A stretch of DNA of 64,000 bases from Lama guanicoe. Taxonomy: Eukaryota. The translations under genes were made by a program, and so were the position numbers. Position 1 is the stretch's first letter; each line of letters starts with the position of its first letter. The stretch is taken from NCBI GenBank assembly GCA_013239625.1, contig MU053881.1, positions 2,542,001 through 2,606,000 on the forward strand, written 5' to 3'. Positions 26,916 through 38,546 of this stretch are shown here, piece by piece. The notes beneath the pieces are model-generated. The model searched no databases, had not been told where the DNA came from, and saw only the letters and a program-made list of their open reading frames with translations.

Positions 26916-28574
26916 CATGAAAAAATCTAACCTGCAGTGGCTGACAGCAGGTCGGTGGTTGTCCGGCAGGGGGAGGAGCACGCTGGTGGTGAAGGACCAC
27001 CGGGCACCTTCTGGATGATGGAAGCATTCTTTATCTTGACTGTGGTGGGGGTTACACAGGGGAATAGATTTGTAAAACTCGTTGAAATATACACTTTAAA
27101 TGGGTACATTTTATTGTTTGTAAATCATATCTCAATGAAGCTGAGTTGACAAATATAACTTACAAATGACATCGGATCACTCTTCCATTCCATTCTTGGG
27201 ACCTTGGGGCCAGCCCCTCTTGGCACAGGATGAGGCACAGGATGAAGGAAGAGGCAGGGAGTGCTGACTTGGGCTCTACTGGGAGCTGTTTGCACCCCCA
27301 TATCCCTGTGTATGACCCAGACCTTCAGCTTTTCCCACCCAGACATTCTCATTCCCACTGCGTTAATCAGAACCCTTTGGGTTGCAAGTGACAGAAACTC
27401 AACTCAAACCAGCTTAGACGAAAAAAATAGAAGAGGTTTATTTGCTCAAGTCATTGGAAAGAGCAGGCAAGTTCTGTCATCAGACATGACTAGATCTAGG
27501 GCTCAAGTATGGTCACAGGCCAAGACCGGTTGCCCTCTCCTAACTCTGTTTCTCTGTGTCAGCATCACTCTGGGACCACAAGCAGGAAGATGGCCACCAG
27601 CAGCCTCACAGCACCAGGGAGAGGGAGCTTCTCCAGGTCAGCAAACACTCAGGAGCAGGTGTCTTTTGCCCAACTCTCCACGGCCAAGGGAATGGAACAC
27701 GCTGACCGGTCAGGCCTGGGTCCTATTCCTACTCCCCTTGAAGAACATGGACCAAGGGTAGGGGAGATTTCTCCCCAAAAGATAACCCAGATGCCATTTC
27801 TAGAAGATGGAGGAAGAAATGGGGGACCAGGCAGAGATAGGAGGTAACCAACATCCAGTTTGCCTTGAGCCAGAGCGACTTTTCCTGGACACGTAGATAC
27901 ATCAAGAACAGAACCTGGCAGGGAATGAATAGGGAGTGGAAATTAAACTCAATGTTGTAGAACCCCATGAAAAGCAGTGCGATATTCCAACTATGCATCC
28001 CAAGGAAAAGAGTAGAAAGATCTCCCGGGGCCCATGCCTCTTATCCCTGCAGCTCTCACAGGCTAGCCTTCGCTGCCCCAGCTTTCTGCCTTAAATGCTG
28101 AATCCACGTGCCATCTACTCCTCTTGCCACAGAGATTGTCAAGCATCTTGTCCCTGTTTGGAGACCAACACCAATCATTTTGAAAACTAAGTCTTTTCCT
28201 AGCATCTCAAGACTCTCTCACTCAGTTCCGGTCTCAGGGAAATATCACGCGTCTGTCTTTTTGGCAGGACCACGATGATGAAACTTCTTGAGCGCCGGGA
28301 ATTTTCTCAGATTCTTGCTATCAGAGGATTAGCTCTACCTCTGCCCACTTCAAGAAACTTCTTTGAGGACACACTGAATTTTTCTTTACTTTAACAAACA
28401 TTTATTAAATATTTGCTTATTGGAAGCAAGATGAAAGAGACAGTCCCTGTCCTTGTTTCTCTCTTTCTAAACTTTACACTTAATTTATTTTCTTGTGTTA
28501 TTGCATTGACTGGGATTCCACTGCAATGACAATTGTGGCCATCTTTGTCTTATTCCTGCTACTAATGTATCAAT

Positions 28575-28765
28575 TTTTTTAATCTTTAAATTTTATCTTT
28601 AATTTGAGATGTTAGTTTATGTTGTACAAATTTTAGAAAATGTAAAGTATAAAAAATTACATATATAAATCTTTAAAAAATTTTTTTATTGATTTATAAT
28701 CATTTTACAATGTTGTGTCAAATTCCAGTGTAGAGCACAATCTTTCAGTTATACAGGAACATATA
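28575..28765 (-). mobile_element. Very short L1 3' end plus about 100 bp of extra sequence within a 15-bp TSD, inside an old L1M fragment
   Basis: TSD tactaatgtatcaat (28560) / tactaatgcatcaat (28766); 28681-28765 resembles the L1 3' end at 54240. Confidence 0.8.
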
Positions 28766-31700
28766 TACTAATGCATCAATATGAAGTATAACATTTATTC
28801 TATAAGTCTGGTAGATGCCCTTTATCAGATTACAGAAATTCCCCTTTATTTCTAGTTGCTTAAAAAATTATGATTTTACAAATCATTGTAAATTGATGTT
28901 AAAATTTACCAAATGCTTTTTCAAGATCATATTTTCTGGGATATGTAATCCAAAAGCTATATTACACAGAGCTCTAGTAGAGGACAGGCAGGGGCCAAAG
29001 GAACATCTGAGTAGGTCCTTCAAGGATGTGAAGAAACTGACCACCCTCAGTGAGGGGAGTGGCATTGTGGGTTTGGGGGGACAATCTCCACAGGGATATG
29101 GGGATGTGAACACACCTTCGAGGATGGGTACTAGTCTGGGGTGTATCTTTCATGTGATACCCCTTCCCCTGGTTTGCAAACATCTGCCCACCGTGGGTCC
29201 AGGACATGGCTCAGCCTCACAGGCACAGTAACTTGGGCATTCTACAGTGAAGCCAGCACATATGGCAAAAATCAAGAGAAGAGCTGAGGTTACCGGTGGA
29301 AATTGCTTAAATTGCCCATTAAAAAACATACGTGGGTTTTATGTCTAAAACCCTGTGAGAATTTTAGAGTACTCCTGCTTGCCTGCCAGACTGACTCCGA
29401 CCCACTTCCAGAAGCTTTATTAAGCTTTATCTTATTATGTTTACACTCATTAATATATTTGTCAGTTCCTGGGAGGAGTACCTGAGTTGTATCTCAAGTC
29501 AGCCAGGAGTTAGACAATGCAGGGTGTCACCACGCCATACATGCAGCAGGAACTGGACACTTTCTTCCCTGGGAGCCCACACTCCCCCACCAATTTTAAG
29601 CATATGACCAGAGAGTGACAGGAGTCTTCCCAAGTCTGGCTTCTCTGGAGTCCTCTGACGCAGCTGAGCCAGGTAAGACCTTTCTCTCTGCCTTTGCATG
29701 TGGCCAACATGACCTCAGGAAAGGGGACCCATCCACCCTGATCCTACAGGCCTGGCAACTGGGCTTTCTCAGTTTATTTCCTCCTCATGGGCCACCCTTC
29801 TTCTTCCCCAACACCCTATTCCTTATTCCTACCTCAGGACCTTTGCACTGCTTGTTCCCTTTGACTGGAATGATTTTCCTTGTTGCCATTCAGGTTTCAG
29901 CTTACATGTTGCCAGGCCTCTTCCACTCGGGCATCCCTGTCACATAAGTCTGTTTATTTCCTTCTGAGCATTTATCACCATTTATTACCATCTTAAGTAT
30001 TTTCCTGCTCATCCCCCGCCCATAAAGAAGTTCTTGACTGTTTTGGCTAACTTGCAGCTACCCAGAGCCTGGCACACAGAAACCACACAATAAATATTTG
30101 TTGAATGACTGTATGATGGAATCCACAGCTGGCCAATCCAGCTTTGGAGTGTCTTGGCCCCTTCTCTCTCTGCACATGACTAACTGGGGCTACTGCCTGC
30201 CCTATCCTGGGCCCCAGCACACATAGCCACCATTCTGCAACTCCGTCCCATCTCTGAAACTGGCTCCTGCCTCCACCCCAGCAGGCAGCTGAGTTCCAGA
30301 GCCCCTCTGCCCACCTGCATGCTTGTCCCGCCCCGGGTCAGGCTGGAGGTGGGATGGCAGCCTGGAGGGGCAGGCAGAGGCAGCTGCAGAGTCCCCAGTT
30401 GACTCGTAGGCATGCTCGGTTCACCTCCAACTCCTGCCTGCCTCTCTGCCCTGTGCGGGCCTCCAGGGGAGCGTCCCTCAGCAGCACCTCCTGCCCCATT
30501 CATCCCCATTAGCCGCTGTCCACACTGGGCCAGAGGGAGATCAATTACCAGCGCTGGCCACTGAACCGTGCTAATGAGGATGTACGCTCATCCGGCTGGT
30601 GGCAGGGATTGGTGGGAGGGGCGGAGGGGCGGAGAGGGGCAATAGAGGCTACCTATTAAAGACTTGGGGGGCAGGTCCCTGCTGGGGATCCTGGAAGACG
30701 CCTCCTTCAGGGCAGAGACCACAGGAGCTAAGGTTTAGCTCAAACTGTGCTCGGGAGTGGAGGAAGCAGTCTGGCGTGGGATTCAGGACTCAGGGAGCAG
30801 GAGGGACGCCGATGAGAAGAGGGGCGTCCTCAGACTTGGCCAGTCTACGTGCCCCCTGCCTCCCACCCCTCTGAGCCTTTGCACAGGTCCTCCTTTCTGC
30901 CAAGAATGTCCTTCCTGTGTCTGCCCCATATCCCAAGGGCCAGCTGGGGTGTCTTCACCGGCCTTGCTCCTAGACCACCTCCACCCTCACCCCTGACAGA
31001 AAAACCATTCCGGCCTCTTGGCTCCTGGCTCCTTTGACCCTGCTCTGTATATTTCTGACTCTGCCAGATTGTACTGATATGTATGAGAAGACACTCAACC
31101 TCTTGCATAAGAGCAATGCAAAGGAAAGTGCACGGAGGGGTGGTTTTCGTCTATCAGATTGGCAAAGATAGGAAAGGAAAGCAGATAAAGGCAATGCTGG
31201 CTCTGGTTGCCAGAGCGGAAAGGGCAGGTGCCGCCGCCCTCCTCCACATCCCACCCTGTATGTAACTGAGTGTGACCTCTTCAGAGGGTAATTTTACAAG
31301 AACTATGTAAATTCAAAATGCACGTGCCCTTTGATCTAGCCATTCACTTCCAAGCATTCATCCTCCAGGACACAAGTGCTCTGGGTGCTCACTGCCTGGA
31401 AACGTCCTCTGTGTCCATCAGGAGGTTCACTCAGGCCACATCACACAATGGGCATTCCCGGCCTCCTGCCTGCGGAGCCAGATAAGCAGAGGTGCCCATC
31501 TCCAAGCTGTCTGGGGGAGTCAATCAGTTAATATAAATAAAGTGCTTAGAAGAGTGTCGGGCACATAGTAAGTATAAGTTCTTGCTATTATTATGGGTTT
31601 GCTGTTGTTGAAAAGCATTGGGTGGATCTGTACAGACTGATATGTAATTATCTCCCAGAAATGCTGGTCAGTGAAAAACGCAGACAGGGGCGGCCGGTGG

Positions 31701-33320
31701 TGCAGGATGTGGATTGGGTTCTGGCTGGCTTTGTTTCTTGACATGCTCCGCTTTTGAAGGTATAGACCATCTCTGGAGGACTGGATTGGGCTGACGGCAG
31801 TGGCTGCCTCTGGGGAGGGGCAGGAGGGAGGGAGATGGGGGCAAGAGATTTGCACAGAGGCTTCCATGCAGTTTGCAGTTTTTAACCACATGCCTGCACC
31901 ACCAATTCAAAGAGATAAATCACTTGTAAAGACTGGTGATTCACCTGTCTGCATCTCCCACCAGACTATGAGCCCCCTAAGGGCAGAAATTATGTTGGAG
32001 TCACTGCAGAATTCCTGGTTGGTATACAGAGGTTACCTGGAGAATGCTGGCTGACAGGTGAGCCAGCTGGAATTTCCTGTGGCCCCTCTGCGGGGACTGC
32101 CCCCTCCCCAGGTGAGATTCCCAGAAGCCTTCCACAGACTGGGGGTGGGGCAGGCTGGAGCAGCCTGGTCTTGGAGAGGGTCTGGCCTGGGCAGGAGGCA
32201 GACCTGGAGAGCAAATTCGCATCAAGGATCATTCCTGGAAGCAGGACCCAGATGTCCAGGTGTGTCCAGGCCTCCAGGCGCCTCCATCAAGGGTTAGACC
32301 CTCTCGAGCCACAGCAGAGACCCCTCTATATGCAGGAGGCTGATGTCCCCATTTGTCTGCGCGGCTGCACAGGGGATCAGGGAGGCATTACCGTGGCAAC
32401 AGCCTTCTCAGTGCCAGGGGGCTAACTGTGTGGCTTTCATACCTCTGATGGGCTGAGTTCCAGGCCCCAGATCTGCAGTAATGCAGCCCATCAGGCCGGT
32501 GCCTGGGCTGAGAAGCAGAAATGAGGCCCTCTAGGCCCAGGAAGGGACCTGCTGGGGCCCCCTCTGCCATCAGCCACGACTTGTAACCTTCGTTCTCCTT
32601 TTCAGTGAACAGTGGCTGCTCCAGCCAGAAGTCCGGGAGAGGAGGCTCGGCGTACCTCTCAGCAGAGCCTTACTGGCCACCATCCATCGGGAAAGGGATG
32701 GAGAGGTGAAACATGGCTTATCCCTGCAGGGAACGCCCCCGCAGCCGAGAAATGAAGCAGCTTTACATGCAGAAATGTGACTCTGCTTCAAAACACATCA
32801 TAGTGGGTGGAAAAGCTAGCCCAGCAAGATGGGGACAGTATCCTGCCACCTAACACACACACAAAATGATGCCGAATATTTTCTACGAGTACAGAATATG
32901 AGGCCAAAAATTTTCAAATGTAAATGGTACAGAAGGATCTACAGCTCAGAGCTGTGATGTCCTGGTGAGAGAAGGAGGGGAGAACAGAATAGGGCAGTAA
33001 ATGGGCCTTAGTGTTTAAGTAGATCAGGTTCCTATTTTACGTGTACCAACAAAATTATTTAAAATTAGCATAAAGTGCTCCATCTTGCTGCCTCATCGAG
33101 GCCCCTTCTGACCACTTCACTTAATGCCAAGGCCTGCCTCTGCCCCTCCTCTACTCCCCAGGCCCCCTGATCGCTCTCATATTTCTACGGGGCTTGCACC
33201 CTGGCCCAGGTGAGGGGCTCACCGCGAGGCTCGCTATGTCTGGTCTTCGCCTTTCCTGGGCGGGGCCTCCCTCTCTTCCTGGGCGGGGTCTCCCTTCTGG
33301 GCGGGGTCTTCCTTCCTGGG

Positions 33321-33635
33321 CGGGGTCGACCAGGCCGGCCCTTATTTTAGGCCAGTCCCGCCCGCTGCGTTTTTACATAGCTCCAGAGCTATATCTAGAA
33401 GAATGGTTCTTTGTTTTTTTAATGCTTGAAGATCCAAAGAGGGATATTTTGTGACACATGGAAATTTCATGAATTTCAGTGTCCAGAAAATGTTATTGGA
33501 ACATGGCCACGCCCATTCATTTGTCTTGTCAAGAGTGGCTTTCTGCTCTAAAGGCAGAGCTGAGCGGCTGCATGACCTGAAAGACTGAAATATTTACCAT
33601 TTGGCCCTTTGCAGACAAAGGCTGCCCGACCCCTT
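33321..33635 (+). mobile_element. MER58-like hAT-Charlie element
   Basis: Ends ggggtcg.c... and ...tggccctttgcagacaaaggctgcccgacccct; internal ttattggaacatggccacgcccattcattt. Confidence 0.7.
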
Positions 33636-34108
33636 GTCTGGGCTGTGAGCACCGCGAGGCTGGGGCTCTCGTTTTGTTCCCTTACTATCCCAAGTGCCCA
33701 CCGCAGTGTCTGGCACAGAGCAGTAGGTGCTCAGTAAATCTGGCTGAATGAGTGGATGGAGGTATGCGAGTTGGAGCATGCCGCTTCGACCTCCTGGAGA
33801 AAGTGACCCCCTTTCCCAGCTCTGTCTGGCAGACATCACCGCCCTCGGGGACTGGAAGGTGGGCGCAGGTCTTCCAGAGCACTGCACCGGGAGAGGCATC
33901 CGTGGGACAGGCGGCATCATTTGCTCTAAGTCCTTGGAGAAGAGAGGGCAGCAGGTGGCAAGATGGATATGGCACCAACAGGGTGGGCTTCCAGGTCTCT
34001 GGAACAGTGGTTTTTCTTAGCCACATGGGCCTCCCTTCAAAGACCCCAAACCCACACCCTTAGCCCTTCTCTGCCTGCAGCCGACTGCTGCCTGCGTGGG
34101 CTGCGCTT

Positions 34109-34127
34109 TGGTGCCCCCTGGTGGTCA
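34109..34127 (-). promoter_or_regulatory. CTCF motif
   Basis: Minus strand reads TGACCACCAGGGGGCACCA. Confidence 0.7.
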
Positions 34128-34797
34128 CTAGGAGTGTCTCTTTCCAACTCATGCACTGGCCATCATCCCCTGGGAGGGAACAATGGCCTCCACCTTCCCA
34201 GCCCATCTGATCTCCTCGTGCAGAGCTCAATAGCCCAGGCTCTCTCTGTCCCTTCCAGTTCCCCCCGGGTAGCCTGCTGTCACAGGCTGCCCTGTCTCCG
34301 AGTTGATGAAGGAGCTGCTGGCAGCCTCTTCCTCTGGTTAGATAGACTAGGCAGGTGCAGGACACCTGAGTGGCTCCCAGGCTGCCAGACAATGCCCACC
34401 CCTGTCACCATGTGTCCCTGAAAGATGGTGGAAGGACGACCTTGCTCCCCAGGTGCCGGGGACCCACCTAGAGTGATGGGCCAGGGGTAGCCTTATAAGC
34501 TTCCTTGTGTTTTCTACACACCCAGAGAGGTCCCACCTGGGTAAGGGCTCCTCATTGCAAAGAAAAGAACTGCTCCAAGTTCCACTTTGGGGACAGGAAA
34601 CTTGTCTCTCACCAGCATGAAATGCCATGTGCAGTGATCATCATGTGCTCATCAGCATGGACACATTGTACTGCTAACAACTGCTCTGTCTGCCTCTTGC
34701 CATGAGACTGTGGGCTCTGGGAGTTCAAGGGCGAGTCTGAGCTGCCTCAGCCACTCTAGCCTCCAGCCAGGGCCGACCTGCATAGTGACAGTGGGTG

Positions 34798-35244
34798 GGG
34801 TGCTGTAGAGGTGGAAGGGAGTGAGGGGCAGAGGGCACAGGCAGAGGGAAGGGGTAGAACCAGGATGTATTTGGAAATAGCATCAGTGAGATGGGATAGG
34901 TCACCTGCATGGTGACAGTGGGTGGGGGACGAGTACCTGCATGGTGACAGTGGGTGGGGTGCGCGTACCTGCATGGTGACAGTGGGTGGGGGACGAGTGG
35001 ATGGAGGCGTGGTGGAATGAACGAATAGAAGGGTGGGCGAATGGATGAATGGGTGGGTGGACGGATGCATTTCCTGTAGCAGAACTGAGCTTTGGAGAAC
35101 TTGGTCAGCAGCCAAGGTCATGACCAGTCCTGCTAGTCATTCCTACCCCATCTCATTGATGCTATTTCCAAATACATCCTGGTTCCACCCCTTCCCTCTG
35201 CCCGTGCCCTCTGCCCCTCACCCCCTCCCACCTCTACAGCACCC
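34798..35244. repeat. 103-bp inverted repeat (arms 34798-34900 and 35142-35244) enclosing a 32-bp minisatellite
   Basis: Manual alignment: 97/103 identical, no indels; units acctgcatggtgacagtgggtgggg at 34903, 34935 and 34967, with a fourth at 34776. Confidence 0.95.
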
Positions 35245-35830
35245 AGGCTCCCTTATGCTGAGCCCACCCAGCTTCTAGGGAAGTTGGTCCCAAAACCTGG
35301 GACATTGCTCCCCTGGAGTTTTTCAGAGATGGGATCCCTCCCATCACCCCATCAAGGGGTCCCTTCTCCCAGGCACCCCAGCCACCACTGTCTAGCCCAT
35401 CATTCTTATTTTCTTCGGAGTTTGTATTACTAACAAAAATGCTTATTTGCATACGTATTTTTGTGTCTCCCCCACGAGAATGCAGCACAAGGGCGGGACT
35501 TTGCCTGTTTCTCTCCTCCACATCCCCAGCACCCAAGTGGACACTCACGTGGGGGAATGATACCTTACTGCCCCTTACTGTGAGTGTGAGGTGGCACCTT
35601 GATGTGTCAGAAAGGCAGGGCGGGTCTGGTGCAAACCTCCAGTGAGTGGGCTCAGATCCGGGTGCCTCCTCCAGCTGTGCACTGGGCAGCCCCCTCCCCT
35701 CTCTGAGCCCCACTTTCTTCATCAGGAAAAGACTCTCCACCTCACAAGGGGGTCGTGAGGTTTCGGGGAGGCGGAAACGAAAGCTTTTGAAATTAAAGAA
35801 TGCAAGACGCGCACAACTTTGTGAGCTGCG

Positions 35831-35836
35831 TTTATT
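35831..35836 (-). terminator. Distal polyadenylation signal AATAAA (TSPAN17)
   Basis: AATAAA followed downstream by GU/U-rich sequence (gttgtgcgcgtcttgcattctttaattt). Confidence 0.5.
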
Positions 35837-36548
35837 GTAGTGTGCCGGCCTGTCAGGGCCGCTGGGGTGACAGTCCTAGAGGGATCTGTAGTCACACAGG
35901 GGCCAAAGCTCGCCCTTACACCGCCTGTTGGGCTTGCAGTATTTAAAAATGTTTTTCCATTGGTTGTCAACAACTTAAAAATAGGGATATTTCACCATAA
36001 AAACCTGGGTTTCTGGCTCCTCCAGGCTTCTGACATTAGACCTGCACCTCACTTTACAGCAATTAGCCACAACTAAAGGCCAGCTACCACCTTCAGATGG
36101 GATCTGTGCTTTGCCACAGTCCCCACCATGCCCTATTACTCAAGGTCAGCTGCCATTATCAGTTGCTCGACAGTCTGAATCTCTCGTCACAAAGCAATGT
36201 CTCTCTGCGTCCACCTTCAGGAACCGCAGGAAAGTCAAGGTTGCAGGACAAAGGCCTCACACCTCAAAGGCCTGTTTCCTTCATCTATACAACCTACCTG
36301 GCCCTGAGGGCATCTGAGCTGGAGATCTGTGAATCAGCCCAAATCCCTCCTCAGCCACCAAGGGCAGCCCAGGGAGGGACGGGGCGTTCACTCCACACAT
36401 ATCCCTTCATGCAGCCAAGAAGCAGAGCTGAGAGCAGCAGCCAGACTCCCCCCAAGTCTGCTCCTTTAGAAGTTCTCAAATTCCCTGAACCCGAGCACTA
36501 ACAAGCATGGCGGACTCGCCAGGCACCCAGCTGTCCCAGAGTGTGCCG

Positions 36549-36567
36549 GCGCGCCCTCTGGTGGCCA
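36549..36567 (-). promoter_or_regulatory. CTCF motif
   Basis: Minus strand reads TGGCCACCAGAGGGCGCGC, near consensus. Confidence 0.75.
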
Positions 36568-37201
36568 CAAGGCAGCTCTGCAGGCCACTGTGAAGATTTT
36601 CAATCTGTTTCCAAGTGGGCCCAGGCATCAACCACCATGGGCCCAAAGCATCCCCCCAACCCCACTCCATGGGTGCCAAGCTTTCAAATTCCACCTACTT
36701 TCTTCCCAAAACCACCCCTCAGCCCCTCTCCCAGGCACCGGTCTCAGTCCTCAGCCGGGCTGGACCCCTCCCAGGCAGTAGTCACTTCAGGGCAGGGTCC
36801 AGCCTCTCCATTCTTCACATCCCTGCGCCTCGCCCCAGGTGTGGCCGACAACAGCCTTGCGGAGTTTGCAGGGGAAAAACCCTACAGAGGCGGAGGAGGC
36901 CAACCGCAGCCTCCAGGGTGAGCAGCAGGGGCCAGGTGGGGCCCTCAGAGAACGGGGAAGCACGTATCCCAGGAGACGACGTCCCAGGTGATCAACCTTC
37001 ATGAGAAGCCGGGGGTCTGGACTTCTACATGAAATACGTCAAGTTTTAAAGCTCAGCTCAAATGTATACACTACCCAGGCCAAGAAAACACGCTGGCAGG
37101 TGGGTCCGGGCCAGGGCCCCAGGCGGCGAGCTCTGCTCAGGCCCTGCAGCTGACAGAACCTCCAAGATGGTGGGTGAGAGCCAGTGGTTTTCAAGGTTTT
37201 G

Positions 37202-37207
37202 TTTATT
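37202..37207 (-). terminator. Proximal polyadenylation signal AATAAA (TSPAN17)
   Basis: AATAAA on the minus strand about 590 nt after the exon 8 stop. Confidence 0.6.
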
Positions 37208-37239
37208 TGAGTAGTTTGTAGCCATCATCATGTTTGATC
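37203..37239 (-). CDS. TSPAN17: Putative alternative terminal exon of TSPAN17 (W-IKHDDGYKLLK*)
   Basis: The exon 8 end AAC TG|GTGAGG is a consensus donor; acceptor ttgcctctcag|G at 37240/37239; splicing gives TGG ATC AAA CAT GAT GAT GGC TAC AAA CTA CTC AAA TAA. Confidence 0.6.
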
Positions 37240-37794
37240 CTGAGAGGCAAGCAAGGGAGAGAAAATTCTTGGACCCATTTGAAAGTCTGAGACATTGAGG
37301 CTACAGTGGCCTCCTGACAGGGTCAAGGTCATAGCTAGTGGAGACAGCTCTGAGATGCACGAAGCCATGTCCCAGGCAACAGCAGGCCCAAGTCCACCCT
37401 ATGCAGTCATGCACAGAGAAGTGCATTCCCAGCTGGGTGGGGAGACACAGCAGAACCTTCCCACCCCACCTAGCTTGCACCCTCTTAGCTGTGCCCTTCC
37501 TGGTCCCCTGGAGAGCCCACCATCCGCTGAGCCGGTGGCTCCCTGTGCACACCCACCCCACCACACCCACCCTCCATGCCCATGGCTCCAGGACAGGCAG
37601 CCCAGGCAGAGCCACGCAGCTCTCTCCATGGGCGGGCGCACAGCACAGCGGCACGCGAGCCCCACATGGGGCTCAGGTCCGAGCAGAAACACCTCCTGTA
37701 GCCTTGCCCAGCATGGGCACAGTGGTGGGGGCGGGGGGGGGGAGCGGGGGTCCCTGGGTTGGCCAGGTGAGGGGCCAAGGCCAGCGTGGCAGCC

Positions 37795-37860
37795 TCACCA
37801 GTTGGCCTTCACTGCCTTGATGTCGCTCACAAGGTTCTGGGCCAAGCAGATCCCAAAGAT
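37795..37860 (-). CDS. TSPAN17: TSPAN17 coding exon 8 (IFGICLAQNLVSDIKAVKANW*)
   Basis: ttcag acceptor; TGA at 37797-37795; exon lengths sum to 813 nt = 270 aa plus stop. Confidence 0.96.
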   Translation of the reverse strand: MFGICLAQNLVSDIKAVKANW

Positions 37861-37947
37861 CTGAAAGACAGAGGGCAGGTGACAGAGAGGCCACCGGCAG
37901 GGCAGGGTGCCCGGGGCAGAGCAAGGGCACACAGGGCCACAGCATAC

Positions 37948-38064
37948 CTGGAGGAGGGCGATGCCCACGAAGACCCCAGCCACGACGATCAGGTTGTCCT
38001 GCAGCCACTTTTCAAACTGGCCCACGCAGCCTTTGGTGTGGATGGAGCCCTGCTGCTCCAGCTC
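37948..38064 (-). CDS. TSPAN17: TSPAN17 coding exon 7 (ELEQQGSIHTKGCVGQFEKWLQDNLIVVAGVFVGIALLQ)
   Basis: 117 nt, cag acceptor and gtatgc donor; supplies the 8th loop cysteine (TspanC8 subfamily) and TM4. Confidence 0.97.
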
Positions 38065-38546
38065 CTGGGGACAGACGGGCACCAGGCTCGGCTCCGCCCA
38101 CCCACCGCTGCTGAGGGCGCCACCTGGGTCCAGCTTGCCAAGCCCATCCAGCCAGGGGCCTTACACCTTCGCGCCAGCTGCCTGGAGCTCCACCGCAGGG
38201 CCTTCTCACCGGGGTCTCAGCACATGCTGAGATGCTCCGAGAGGACTTCCCTGACCGCCCAGCCCCAATCCCATTCCCTCTCTTACTCTGTTTCCTTCCA
38301 AGCACTTAGATGAAATTGTCACATTGCTGTTCACATTTATCTGTGTCTTACTGTTTTCTCCTCTACTGGAGTCCCCTGCCTGCGGGCCCTCTGCCTCTTG
38401 TTTGGCAGTACCAAGCCCCAAGTGTCTGCCGGGACCCAGCATCCCCTCCCTGTGGAACCCCTGAGGCCTCTTAGATCTTATGGGGGGGCCCTCCTTCCCA
38501 CCCCCAGTGTCCCCAGCTGCCCTCAGCCCTGTCCCTGCCTGCTCAC

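Noticed and set aside
34903..34998. CRISPR-like array
   Set aside because: Eukaryotic DNA; units are head-to-tail with no unique spacers, so it is a minisatellite
1..35000. Protein-coding exons (e.g. UNC5A) in the left half
   Set aside because: No ORF or exon chain resembling a protein I recognise; the region is repeats plus non-coding sequence
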